Of a stretch of DNA of 64,000 bases, positions 25,680-33,377 are shown in pieces. This stretch comes from an uncultured Eubacteriales bacterium (GTDB taxonomy: Bacteria; Bacillota; Clostridia; Oscillospirales; Oscillospiraceae), in contig ONIG01000006.1 of NCBI GenBank assembly GCA_900317855.1, forward strand, positions 3,918 through 67,917, read 5' to 3'. Each line of letters starts with the position of its first letter. The first letter of the stretch is position 1. Made by a program: the position numbers and the translations under genes. The notes below the pieces were generated by a model that made no database searches, was not told the DNA's origin, and saw only the letters and a list, made by a program, of their open reading frames with translations.

Positions 25680-27370
25680 GCCTGCGCCTCCTTTTTCTTG
25701 CGCGATGGCAGCCGCACCACGAAGCTCGCGCCGCGCCGGGTATCGGCCGCCTTGATGTAGGCCAGCAGCATCCAGCACGAGAGCATGCTCGACCCGCCTT
25801 TGGACACGAACGGGAACGTCACGCCCGTGAACGGCAGGATGTCGAGCGCGCCGAACACATTGAGCGACATCTGCACGAGCATGAGCGTCACGGTGGCGCA
25901 GCCGGCGATGACGTAGTACGACGAGCGGCCCTGGGCCGCGTTTTTGACGGTGAAGATGGCGAGGGCGATGATGGCCAGCATCGCGCACAGCGCCACGATC
26001 AGGCCGAGCTCCTCACACAGCATGCCGAACACCATGTCGGTGTTGGCGGCAAAAATGCTTTTCAGCCAGCCGCAGCCCGCGCCCTGGCCGAACAGGCCGC
26101 CGGAGGCGGCCGCGCTCAGCGCGCGCGTCTGCTGGTAGCCCGCGCCGGAGACGTCCTCCCACACGTGGCCCCAGGTGGCGAAGCGCTGCGCCACGTGCGG
26201 CTTGATGCTCAGCACCAGCGTGCCCGCCATGGCGGCGGACGTCACGGCCAGCAGCACGGTCGCGATGCTGCCCGAGCGCATGAAGGCGATGACGAGGAAC
26301 GTCGCAAAGAAGATGAGTGCGGAGCCGAAGTCGCCCATCAGGGCGAGCCCGCCCACGCAGATGGCGGAAAAGGCGATGAAGAGCAGGATGCTCTTGCTGC
26401 GGAACATCCGGTTGAGCGACGTCGCGCCGACGTAGATGAACGCGACCTTAATGAGCTCTGACGGCTGCAGGGAGAAGCCCGCGATCGTCAGCCAGTTTTT
26501 CGCACCGAACACCTCGCGCGCGGCAAACAGGTTCAGTGCCAGCAGCGCCAGCGAGATGATGGCCGCCGGCCAGCGCAGCGCCTTGACATGGCTCAGGTCG
26601 CGCAGCCACCAGCCGAGCAGGAAAAACAGCGCGATGCCCACGAGGATGAGGATGATCTCCTTGGTCAGATCGTCCGGCGTGCTCGTCGCGCAGATCTCAA
26701 GCCCGAGCGTACACAGGAAAAACGCGATCGTCTCGACCTCGAAGCCCGAGCGGTCCATCGTGCGCATGAGCACGTAGCAGAACCACTGCGTGAGTGCGAG
26801 CGCGGCAAACGACATCAGGATCCCCAGCAGGTGCGCGCTGTCGGCCGAGGACACGAACTCCAGCGCCAGCAGCAGCTGAAACACCGTCAGGAAAAACAGC
26901 GTGCCGCCGGCGGAGACCTTCCGCCCGGCGATTGTGCGGCGCTGCTCCTGCACGGCGCGGCGTTCCTCGCTCATGTCGGCGAACTTGAGCATGTGCGTCG
27001 AGCAGCGGAGAATGTCGCCGCTGAATACCTGCGTCGGCTCCGTGATCTGTTCGCCGTTGAGGTACACGCCGCCGCTGCGGCTCAGATCGCTGACGGTCCA
27101 CTCGCCGGCGTCGTTGCGCATGAGTACGGCGTGGACGTTGGCCACGTCGGCATAGGGAAGCGTGATGTCCGCGCTGCGGGCGCGGCCGATCAGGCACTCC
27201 CAGTGCAGCAGGGGATAGACCTTGCCGTCCGGCGTGACGAGATGGCCCCACGTCTCCGGCTCGGCGCGGCCGTAGAACATGGACGCGATGCAGCGGATGA
27301 GCACGATGAGCGCGATGACCGGCAGGATGAAGTGCGCGGCCTGCGCGGCGTAAGCAGTTACGGCAGACAC
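25676..27370 (-). CDS. FHA-domain-fused SEDS glycosyltransferase (FtsW/RodA/SpoVE family)
   Basis: GTG 27370 has GGAAAGGAGG 7 nt upstream; the track ATG 27415 has no RBS. One N-terminal TM helix, then an FHA domain (LIGRARSADITL...VHAVLMRNDAGEWTVSDLSRSGGVYLNGEQI...GDILRCSTHMLKF), then a 10-TM SEDS core. Confidence 0.85.
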   Translation of the reverse strand: MSAVTAYAAQAAHFILPVIALIVLIRCIASMFYGRAEPETWGHLVTPDGKVYPLLHWECLIGRARSADITLPYADVANVHAVLMRNDAGEWTVSDLSRSGGVYLNGEQITEPTQVFSGDILRCSTHMLKFADMSEERRAVQEQRRTIAGRKVSAGGTLFFLTVFQLLLALEFVSSADSAHLLGILMSFAALALTQWFCYVLMRTMDRSGFEVETIAFFLCTLGLEICATSTPDDLTKEIILILVGIALFFLLGWWLRDLSHVKALRWPAAIISLALLALNLFAAREVFGAKNWLTIAGFSLQPSELIKVAFIYVGATSLNRMFRSKSILLFIAFSAICVGGLALMGDFGSALIFFATFLVIAFMRSGSIATVLLAVTSAAMAGTLVLSIKPHVAQRFATWGHVWEDVSGAGYQQTRALSAAASGGLFGQGAGCGWLKSIFAANTDMVFGMLCEELGLIVALCAMLAIIALAIFTVKNAAQGRSSYYVIAGCATVTLMLVQMSLNVFGALDILPFTGVTFPFVSKGGSSMLSCWMLLAYIKAADTRRGASFVVRLPSRKKKEAQA

Positions 27371-27465
27371 GGCGTCCGCCTCCTTTCCGAAGCTCCCGCG
27401 CGGGGAGCGGTACATTTTATAATAAAGCGATAAAAATCAAACCATTATACCACGGCAAAAATCCA

Positions 27466-27494
27466 TTGACAACCACTGCCGGGCATCCTAAAAT
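27466..27494 (+). promoter_or_regulatory. Sigma-A-type promoter giving a leaderless or near-leaderless transcript
   Basis: TTGACA, 17 nt, TAAAAT. Only 6 nt separate the -10 from ATG 27501, and there is no SD. Confidence 0.5.
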
Positions 27495-27500
27495 GAACCT

Positions 27501-27854
27501 ATGATGAAACAGACGAAATTTTGGGTCCTTTTGTTCGCCGCGCTCGCGATTGTTTGCGGCGGCGCCTTTTTACTGCTGCGCGGCCATGGGCAGACGGGGC
27601 AGACGGCCGTCATCCGGGTCGACGGCGAGGTCTACCGGCGCATCGACCTGCGCGCCGTGACCATACCATATGATATCGAAGTGCAGACCGACTGGGGCGC
27701 GAACACCGTGCACGTCGAGCCGGACGGCGTGTCCGTCACATATGCCGACTGCCCGGACCACCTGTGCGTCCAGCAGGGAAAGATCACCACGTCCGCCATC
27801 CCGATCGCCTGTGTGCCGCACCACCTGACGGTGCAGATCGAGGGGGAGCCATGA
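27501..27854 (+). CDS. NusG-domain-II-containing membrane-anchored protein
   Basis: N-terminal TM plus the NusG_II-like core AVIRVDGEVY...CPDHLCVQQGKI. The pairing with a Gx transporter gene is conserved as I recall it. Confidence 0.7.
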   Translation: MMKQTKFWVLLFAALAIVCGGAFLLLRGHGQTGQTAVIRVDGEVYRRIDLRAVTIPYDIEVQTDWGANTVHVEPDGVSVTYADCPDHLCVQQGKITTSAIPIACVPHHLTVQIEGEP

Positions 27855-28363
27855 AGGGGACGAAGCGTCTGGCCGTTCTGGCCATGTTCACCGCCATCGC
27901 GCTGACGATCTTCGTCGCTGAGGCGCAGATCCCGCCCGTCGTGCCGATCCCGGGTGTGAAGCTCGGCCTTGCCAACATCGTCACGCTCATCGCCATGGCC
28001 CTGCTCGGCCGGCGGCAGGCGGGGGAGATCCTGCTCGTGCGCATCGTGCTCGGCAGCGTGTTCACCGGTGGCGTGTCGGCGATGCTCTTCAGCATCGCGG
28101 GCGGCGTGTTCGCCTATCTCGTCATGTGCCTGACCATCCGCCGCCTGCCGGAGCGGCTGCTGTGGGTCGTGAGTGTGCTGGCGGCCTTCGGGCATAACGC
28201 CGGGCAGCTGCTGGTCGCCGTCTGGGTCACGGGCACGCCGTCCATTCTGGTGTATGCGCCCGCGCTCGTCGCGGCGAGCGTCATCACCGGGGCGTTCACC
28301 GGCGTGGCCGCCATGTATCTCGTGCGTGCGCTGCGCAAAACGGGGCACTTTCCGCAGGCATGA
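27851..28363 (+). CDS. Gx transporter family protein (formerly heptaprenyl diphosphate synthase component I-like)
   Basis: ATGA overlap with the upstream gene. Motif GVKLGLANIVTL. Five TM helices. Confidence 0.75.
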   Translation: MKGTKRLAVLAMFTAIALTIFVAEAQIPPVVPIPGVKLGLANIVTLIAMALLGRRQAGEILLVRIVLGSVFTGGVSAMLFSIAGGVFAYLVMCLTIRRLPERLLWVVSVLAAFGHNAGQLLVAVWVTGTPSILVYAPALVAASVITGAFTGVAAMYLVRALRKTGHFPQA

Positions 28364-28428
28364 GCCGGTCCTGTCATTCTTTCATAACATTTTAACGCCC
28401 CGCGTATTTAAAATGCTCTGCAAGTTGG

Positions 28429-28460
28429 AAGCCGCAGTTTTTGGAAACTGCGGCTTTGTT
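28429..28460 (+). terminator. Intrinsic terminator
   Basis: 12-bp stem AAGCCGCAGTTT/AAACTGCGGCTT, loop TTGG, then TGTTG. Confidence 0.7.
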
Positions 28461-28554
28461 GTGCAAATGCGACAAAATACGCAGAAAAAATATAGTAATA
28501 TACATCAAAAACGCACGTGAAAAAATTTCGGAAATGTTAAATCTGTTTTAAGTA

Positions 28555-28583
28555 TTGACTTCCGGAAGGCGGCGCGCTATAAT
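28555..28583 (+). promoter_or_regulatory. Consensus-like sigma-A promoter
   Basis: TTGACT, 17 nt, TATAAT, inside an AT-rich spacer about 110 nt upstream of the next ORF. Confidence 0.55.
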
Positions 28584-28692
28584 GCATCCGCGATTGAAAG
28601 ATGGGAAGATTTAGGCTGGTATCAGCCGGTTACACGATCATGTTTCTTCCCGCGCCGGGCCAGTCCGGCGGAGCTTTCCGAACGATTTTTTG

Positions 28693-30198
28693 ATGCTTAT
28701 GAATGCTTTTGATAAACCTGTCCAATCGAATATGGAGCAGACGGGGCGCGGCCATGGCTTCGCGCGGATGTTCGACCGTGTGTGCGCGTTTCTCGATGAG
28801 CGCGTCGGCGGCGCGGCTGCGCTCGTCGCCGCCTGTCAGAGCGCGGCGGACCGCTTCTGGCACAGCAAGCTGTACTTCCCGGTCTGCTTTCTGATGCTCG
28901 CGGTGTTCATGGCGGCCGGACTGCCGGTCGTGGGCGGCGTTCTCGTCATGTCCACGCTGATCTTCCTGCTGCTGTTTTGCGACGATCTGCTGAGCATCCT
29001 GTTCCCGGTCGTGCTGCTGGCCATGGTGGGCACGGAGTTTTATGACGAGCTCTACAGCCTGCTGCGCTTCTGGTGGATCGGCCTGCTGGCCGCGGCGGCG
29101 CTGCTCGTGCACATCGGGGCCTACGCCCGTGCACCGCGCAACGGCGGCTGCCTGCACGGCATGGTGGCCGTGTCGGTTGCGACACTGCTCGGCGGTCTCG
29201 GCTTTATCTCCCGCGAGGAGTACTTCTCGCCCACGGCACTGTACTATTCCCTCGGTCTCGGTGTGGTGATGCTGCTGGTCTACCTGCTGTGCCGCAGCGA
29301 GGCGGACCGCCCGCGCAGCTATGACGTTGCCGAGCGCATGCTGCAGATCCTCTACGCCGGCGGCCTGTTCACGGGCTTTGTGGTGGCGCTGTTCTACGCG
29401 CGTCATATGCAGGAGTTCCTGCAGGACTTCGCCACAATCTATTTCAAGTACCGCAATTTCAGCGCGACGATGCTGCTCATCGCGCTGCCTGCTGCGGCGT
29501 ACTTTGCCGCGCATGACCGGCGGCACTTCCTGTCGGTCGCGTTTTTGTACCTCATGATGCTCATGACCGGCTCGCGCAGCGGCCTGATCTTCGGCACGGC
29601 GATGCTGCTGCTGTGCCTTGCCTATGTGTACTACTGCAATCCCGAGCGCCGCGCGGTCTATCGCCGCGTCGGGCTCATCAGTCTGGTCCCGGCGGTCACA
29701 TTGCTCATCGCGCTCGTGCCGCGGCTGTTTGCCTCGCGCATGGTCGACGGTGCGCTCATCTCCCCGGACGACAGCCGGTACACGTTTTTCATTCAGGGTC
29801 TGCTGGATTTTGTGAAGAATCCGCTCTTTGGCTGCGGTCTCGGTTCGATGCACAATGCGCCGATCTTCCTCGGCGTGGAGGGCAGCATCGTCTGGTACCA
29901 CAACCTGATCGCGCAGATCCTCGGCAGTATGGGCCTCGTCGGCGTGGTCGGCTACGGCTGGCTGTTTTATGACCGCGTGCGCCTGCTCTGGCGCAAGCGC
30001 AGCCGCACGACGATGGCCTTCGCGCTGTCCTACTTTGCCATGCTGCTCATTTCCATGACGAACCCGGGCATGTTCTGCCCGATGCCGAACGCGCTGCTCA
30101 TGGTGGCCATGTTTGTGGTCGTCGAGCGGCAGCCCGATACTGTTGCGGTGCCGGTCAAGGCCGGCTCCGTGTGCACCCCGGAAAGGAGACTGTTCTGA
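28693..30198 (+). CDS. O-antigen ligase-like (Wzy_C domain) polytopic membrane protein
   Basis: At least 10 TM helices. Wzy_C-type segment LMMLMTGSRSGLIFGTAMLLL. Start is uncertain (TTG 28690, ATG 28693, 28699 or 28732); none has a good SD. Confidence 0.65.
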   Translation: MLMNAFDKPVQSNMEQTGRGHGFARMFDRVCAFLDERVGGAAALVAACQSAADRFWHSKLYFPVCFLMLAVFMAAGLPVVGGVLVMSTLIFLLLFCDDLLSILFPVVLLAMVGTEFYDELYSLLRFWWIGLLAAAALLVHIGAYARAPRNGGCLHGMVAVSVATLLGGLGFISREEYFSPTALYYSLGLGVVMLLVYLLCRSEADRPRSYDVAERMLQILYAGGLFTGFVVALFYARHMQEFLQDFATIYFKYRNFSATMLLIALPAAAYFAAHDRRHFLSVAFLYLMMLMTGSRSGLIFGTAMLLLCLAYVYYCNPERRAVYRRVGLISLVPAVTLLIALVPRLFASRMVDGALISPDDSRYTFFIQGLLDFVKNPLFGCGLGSMHNAPIFLGVEGSIVWYHNLIAQILGSMGLVGVVGYGWLFYDRVRLLWRKRSRTTMAFALSYFAMLLISMTNPGMFCPMPNALLMVAMFVVVERQPDTVAVPVKAGSVCTPERRLF

Positions 30199-30740
30199 TG
30201 AAACGTTTTCAGCTTCTCACCACTGCGATTTTTCTGTTCTGCACGCTGCTGATCGCCGGCTGCACCGGCCGCGGCGTCGAGGCACAGGCCACGCCCGCTC
30301 CGGAGGCAACGCCGACGGCCACGACGGACATCCGGTCCGGTATCCAGACCGGTGACAGCGAGGTCAACAAGATCCTGGCCGGCACGTGGGCGTTTGAGCG
30401 CACGGATGCCGATAAGAAGGCGGACGACAGCAGCCTCAGCCAGATCCTGCCCGATACGGATACCGGCGAGAAAACGGCCACCGAGATCAAGGAACCCGGC
30501 ACGATCCGCGAGCTGATGTTCCGCGTTGACGGCACGGGCAGCTATGCGAGCGCCGACGGTGCGGCGCAGGCCTTTGAGTTCGCGCTCAACGGCGACAATC
30601 TGACGCTCGCGCTCGACAACGGCACGGTGCAGATGTTCCGCTGCACGCTCGAAAACGGGCTCATGTACCTCACGCCCATGAGCAACAACGGTGCATATCA
30701 GGCATTTACCGATGTGTTCCGCCAGACGGAGGCCAACTGA
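30198..30740 (+). CDS. Hypothetical lipoprotein
   Basis: TGATG overlap with the upstream stop. GAAAGGAGA RBS. Lipobox LLIAG-C. Confidence 0.65.
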   Translation: MKRFQLLTTAIFLFCTLLIAGCTGRGVEAQATPAPEATPTATTDIRSGIQTGDSEVNKILAGTWAFERTDADKKADDSSLSQILPDTDTGEKTATEIKEPGTIRELMFRVDGTGSYASADGAAQAFEFALNGDNLTLALDNGTVQMFRCTLENGLMYLTPMSNNGAYQAFTDVFRQTEAN

Positions 30741-30758
30741 ATCCTTGCCATCACACCG

Positions 30759-30796
30759 GCCGGACGCTGAACGCGTCCGGCTGTTTTGCTTTTTTG
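30759..30796 (+). terminator. Intrinsic terminator
   Basis: Stem GCCGGACGC/GCGTCCGGC followed by TGTTTTGCTTTTTTG. Confidence 0.75.
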
Positions 30797-30879
30797 CAAG
30801 AATTCAGAAATTTTTCAGGATTTCCGGCCCGCAAACCGTGTATAATCAGGAGCATCCCCTACGGGAAAGGAGACCCGCC

Positions 30880-31671
30880 ATGTCCCGAAAGACAAGAAAA
30901 CGCGGCCGCCGGCGGCTGCTGGTCATCGTGGTGCTGCTGGCGCTGATCGTGTTCGGCGTGTTCGCGCGCGGCCTGCTCACGAGCGGCAGGACCACGACCG
31001 AGCGCGCGCAGCGCGAGCTGGATACCTATGCCGAGAAAAACGACGTCTCGCTTGACGCTTATCCGGAGGCGCTCGTGCAGCTCTACGCCCGCAACCCGGA
31101 CGCACGCGATTTCGTGCGCGACTACCCGAAGAAGAAAGACCTCACCCCGACGATCGACCTCAGTGGTCTTGCGGGTTCGGAGACCGTGCCGCTGCTGCTG
31201 CAGTGGGACGAGCGCTGGGGCTACCGCGCATATAATGAGAGCATCATCGGCCTCGCCGGCTGCGGGCCGACGTGCCTGTCCATGGTCACGATCTACATCA
31301 CCGGCGACACGACGAAGGACCCGCTCTGGATGTGCCGGTTTGCCGAGCAGCACCAGTTCAACGTGCCCGGCAGCGGCAGCAAGTGGGCGCTCATCTCCGA
31401 GGGCGGGCGGATGCTCGGCCTGGATGTGACGCAGATTCCGCTGGACAAGGACCGCATTTACCGCAATCTCGATGTCGGCAATCCGATCATCGTGGTCGTC
31501 GGCCCCGGTGACTTCACGACTGACGGGCATTTCCTCGTCCTGACGGGGCACGACGGTGATAAGATCACGCTCAACGATCCAAACAGTACCACAAATTCAG
31601 GCAAGAGCTGGGACTATGACACCCTTGCCGGGCAGATCCAGAGTCTCTGGGTGCTGCGCCGCGCGGGATAA
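30880..31671 (+). CDS. Membrane-anchored C39-like (papain-fold) peptidase domain protein
   Basis: ATG 30880 after GGAAAGGAGA. Arg-rich N-terminus plus one TM helix. Candidate catalytic Cys (GLAGCGPTCLSMV) and His (TDGHFLVLTGHD). Confidence 0.6.
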   Translation: MSRKTRKRGRRRLLVIVVLLALIVFGVFARGLLTSGRTTTERAQRELDTYAEKNDVSLDAYPEALVQLYARNPDARDFVRDYPKKKDLTPTIDLSGLAGSETVPLLLQWDERWGYRAYNESIIGLAGCGPTCLSMVTIYITGDTTKDPLWMCRFAEQHQFNVPGSGSKWALISEGGRMLGLDVTQIPLDKDRIYRNLDVGNPIIVVVGPGDFTTDGHFLVLTGHDGDKITLNDPNSTTNSGKSWDYDTLAGQIQSLWVLRRAG

Positions 31672-31877
31672 GCTCTGGATAATGAAAAGCCTCGCAGAGT
31701 TTCGCCGCCGGAGCGGCGAAAGAAAATTCAATCATTTGCTCCGGCGATATGTGCGGCGGAGAAAATACTTCTCAGGCTGCAAGTGTGAAATTTGTGCGCC
31801 GGCGGCGCACAAATTATGCGCGCAGCAGACTGTAAGCCCTTTGTCGGAAAACCTCTTGGGTTTTCCGACCGTTTTAA

Positions 31878-31908
31878 GCGGCACCGTCTTTGGACGGCGC
31901 TGCTTTTT
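31878..31908 (+). terminator. Intrinsic terminator about 200 nt downstream of the nearest stop codon
   Basis: Stem GCGGCACCGTC/GACGGCGCTGC (one mismatch, one G-U pair), loop TTTG, then TTTTT. Confidence 0.6.
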
Positions 31909-31922
31909 GCGCATTTCCGGGG

Positions 31923-31952
31923 TTGCGGCATACGCTCGGATGGGCGTATAAT
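31923..31952 (+). promoter_or_regulatory. Candidate fumC promoter
   Basis: TTGCGG, 18 nt, TATAAT, about 38 nt upstream of ATG 31990. Confidence 0.4.
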
Positions 31953-31989
31953 AGCGGCATCTGAGATTTTTGCGAAAAGAGGTTACAGG

Positions 31990-33375
31990 ATGGAATACCG
32001 TCTGGAGCATGATACGATGGGTGAGGTGCGTGTGCCCGCCGACCGTTACTGGGGCGCGCAGACGCAGCGCAGCTATGAAAATTTCCGTATCGGTACCGAG
32101 AAGATCCCGCCGGAGGTCATCCGCGCGTTTGCGGTCGTGAAGCTCGCAGCGGCGCGCGCCAATGCGCAGCTCGGCGTGCTCGATGCCCGCCGCGCCGGCG
32201 CCATCGAGACTGCCTGCCACGAGATCCTTGACGGCTCGCTCGACGGCAACTTCCCGCTCGCCGTCTGGCAGACCGGCAGCGGCACGCAGACGAATATGAA
32301 TGTCAACGAGGTCATTGCCCACCGCGCCAATGAGCTGATGGGCGAGACGCTCGTGCACCCGAACGACCACGTCAACTGCTCGCAGAGCTCGAACGACACG
32401 TTCCCGACGGCCATGCACGTGGCTGCGCGTGTCGCGCTCGAGGAGCAGGTCCTGCCGGCCATCGGCCGCCTGACGGCGACGCTCGACCGCCTGAGCGCGG
32501 AGTACCGCGACGTGGTCAAGATCGGCCGCACGCACCTGCAGGACGCCGTGCCGCTCACGCTCGGGCAGGAGATCAGCGGCTGGAGCGCCATGCTCGGCCA
32601 CGACCGCGACATGATCGTGCAGGCCTGCCGCGCGCTGAGCGAGCTGGCCCTCGGCGGCACGGCCGTCGGCACCGGACTCAACGCCCCGGCGGCGTTCGGC
32701 GACCTGGCGGCGGAGGAGATCTCCGAGCTGCTGGGCTACGCCTTCCTGTCGGCGCCGAACAAGTTCCACGCGCTCACAAGCAAGGACCAGATGGTGTTCG
32801 CGCACGGCGCGCTCAAGGCGCTGGCGGCCGACCTCATGAAGATCGCAAACGATGTGCGCTGGCTCGCTTCCGGCCCGCGCTGCGGCATCGGCGAGCTTAT
32901 CATCCCGGCCAACGAGCCCGGCTCGTCCATTATGCCCGGCAAGGTCAACCCCACGCAGTGCGAGGCCGTCACGATGGTGGCCGTGCAGGTCATGGGCAAT
33001 GACACGGCCATCGGCATCGCGGCGTCGCAGGGCAACTTCCAGCTCAACGTGTTCCTGCCGGTGACGATTTATAACTTCCTGCAGTCGGCGCGTCTGCTTG
33101 CCGACGCCATGGATTCGTTCGAGGCCAACTGCGTGCGCGGCATCCGGCCAAATTACGACGTCATTCAGGCGCATCTGGACGCGTCGCTCATGCTCGTCAC
33201 GGCGCTCAACCCGCACATCGGCTACGAAAATGCGGCAAAGATCGCAAAGCACGCCCACGCCACCGGCCAGACGCTCAAGGCTGCGGCGGTGGAGCTCGGC
33301 CTGCTCACGGCCGAGGAGTTTGACGCCTGGGTGCGGCCCGAGGATATGGTGCACCCGAAACAGGAGGAGGCTTGA
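31990..33375 (+). CDS. fumC: Class II fumarate hydratase
   Basis: Start [13 protein letters not shown]. Contains [14 protein letters not shown] and the signature [16 protein letters not shown] (the TQ variant is fumarase-type). Confidence 0.9.
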   Translation: MEYRLEHDTMGEVRVPADRYWGAQTQRSYENFRIGTEKIPPEVIRAFAVVKLAAARANAQLGVLDARRAGAIETACHEILDGSLDGNFPLAVWQTGSGTQTNMNVNEVIAHRANELMGETLVHPNDHVNCSQSSNDTFPTAMHVAARVALEEQVLPAIGRLTATLDRLSAEYRDVVKIGRTHLQDAVPLTLGQEISGWSAMLGHDRDMIVQACRALSELALGGTAVGTGLNAPAAFGDLAAEEISELLGYAFLSAPNKFHALTSKDQMVFAHGALKALAADLMKIANDVRWLASGPRCGIGELIIPANEPGSSIMPGKVNPTQCEAVTMVAVQVMGNDTAIGIAASQGNFQLNVFLPVTIYNFLQSARLLADAMDSFEANCVRGIRPNYDVIQAHLDASLMLVTALNPHIGYENAAKIAKHAHATGQTLKAAAVELGLLTAEEFDAWVRPEDMVHPKQEEA

Positions 33376-33377
33376 CC

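Noticed and set aside
27371-27415. ATG 27415 as the start of the FHA-RodA gene.
   Set aside because: It has no purine-rich SD upstream. GTG 27370 is preceded by GGAAAGGAGG at 7 nt. Either start keeps the FHA fusion, so the conclusion is unaffected.
31556-31951. A 131-aa plus-strand ORF, and the 67-aa minus ORF 31728..31931, inside the hairpin-rich spacer.
   Set aside because: The first part of the plus ORF is an alternative frame of the C39-like gene. There is no RBS before the internal ATG 31682. The translation is Arg/Cys-rich and atypical, and the ORF runs through four stem-loops and a terminator.
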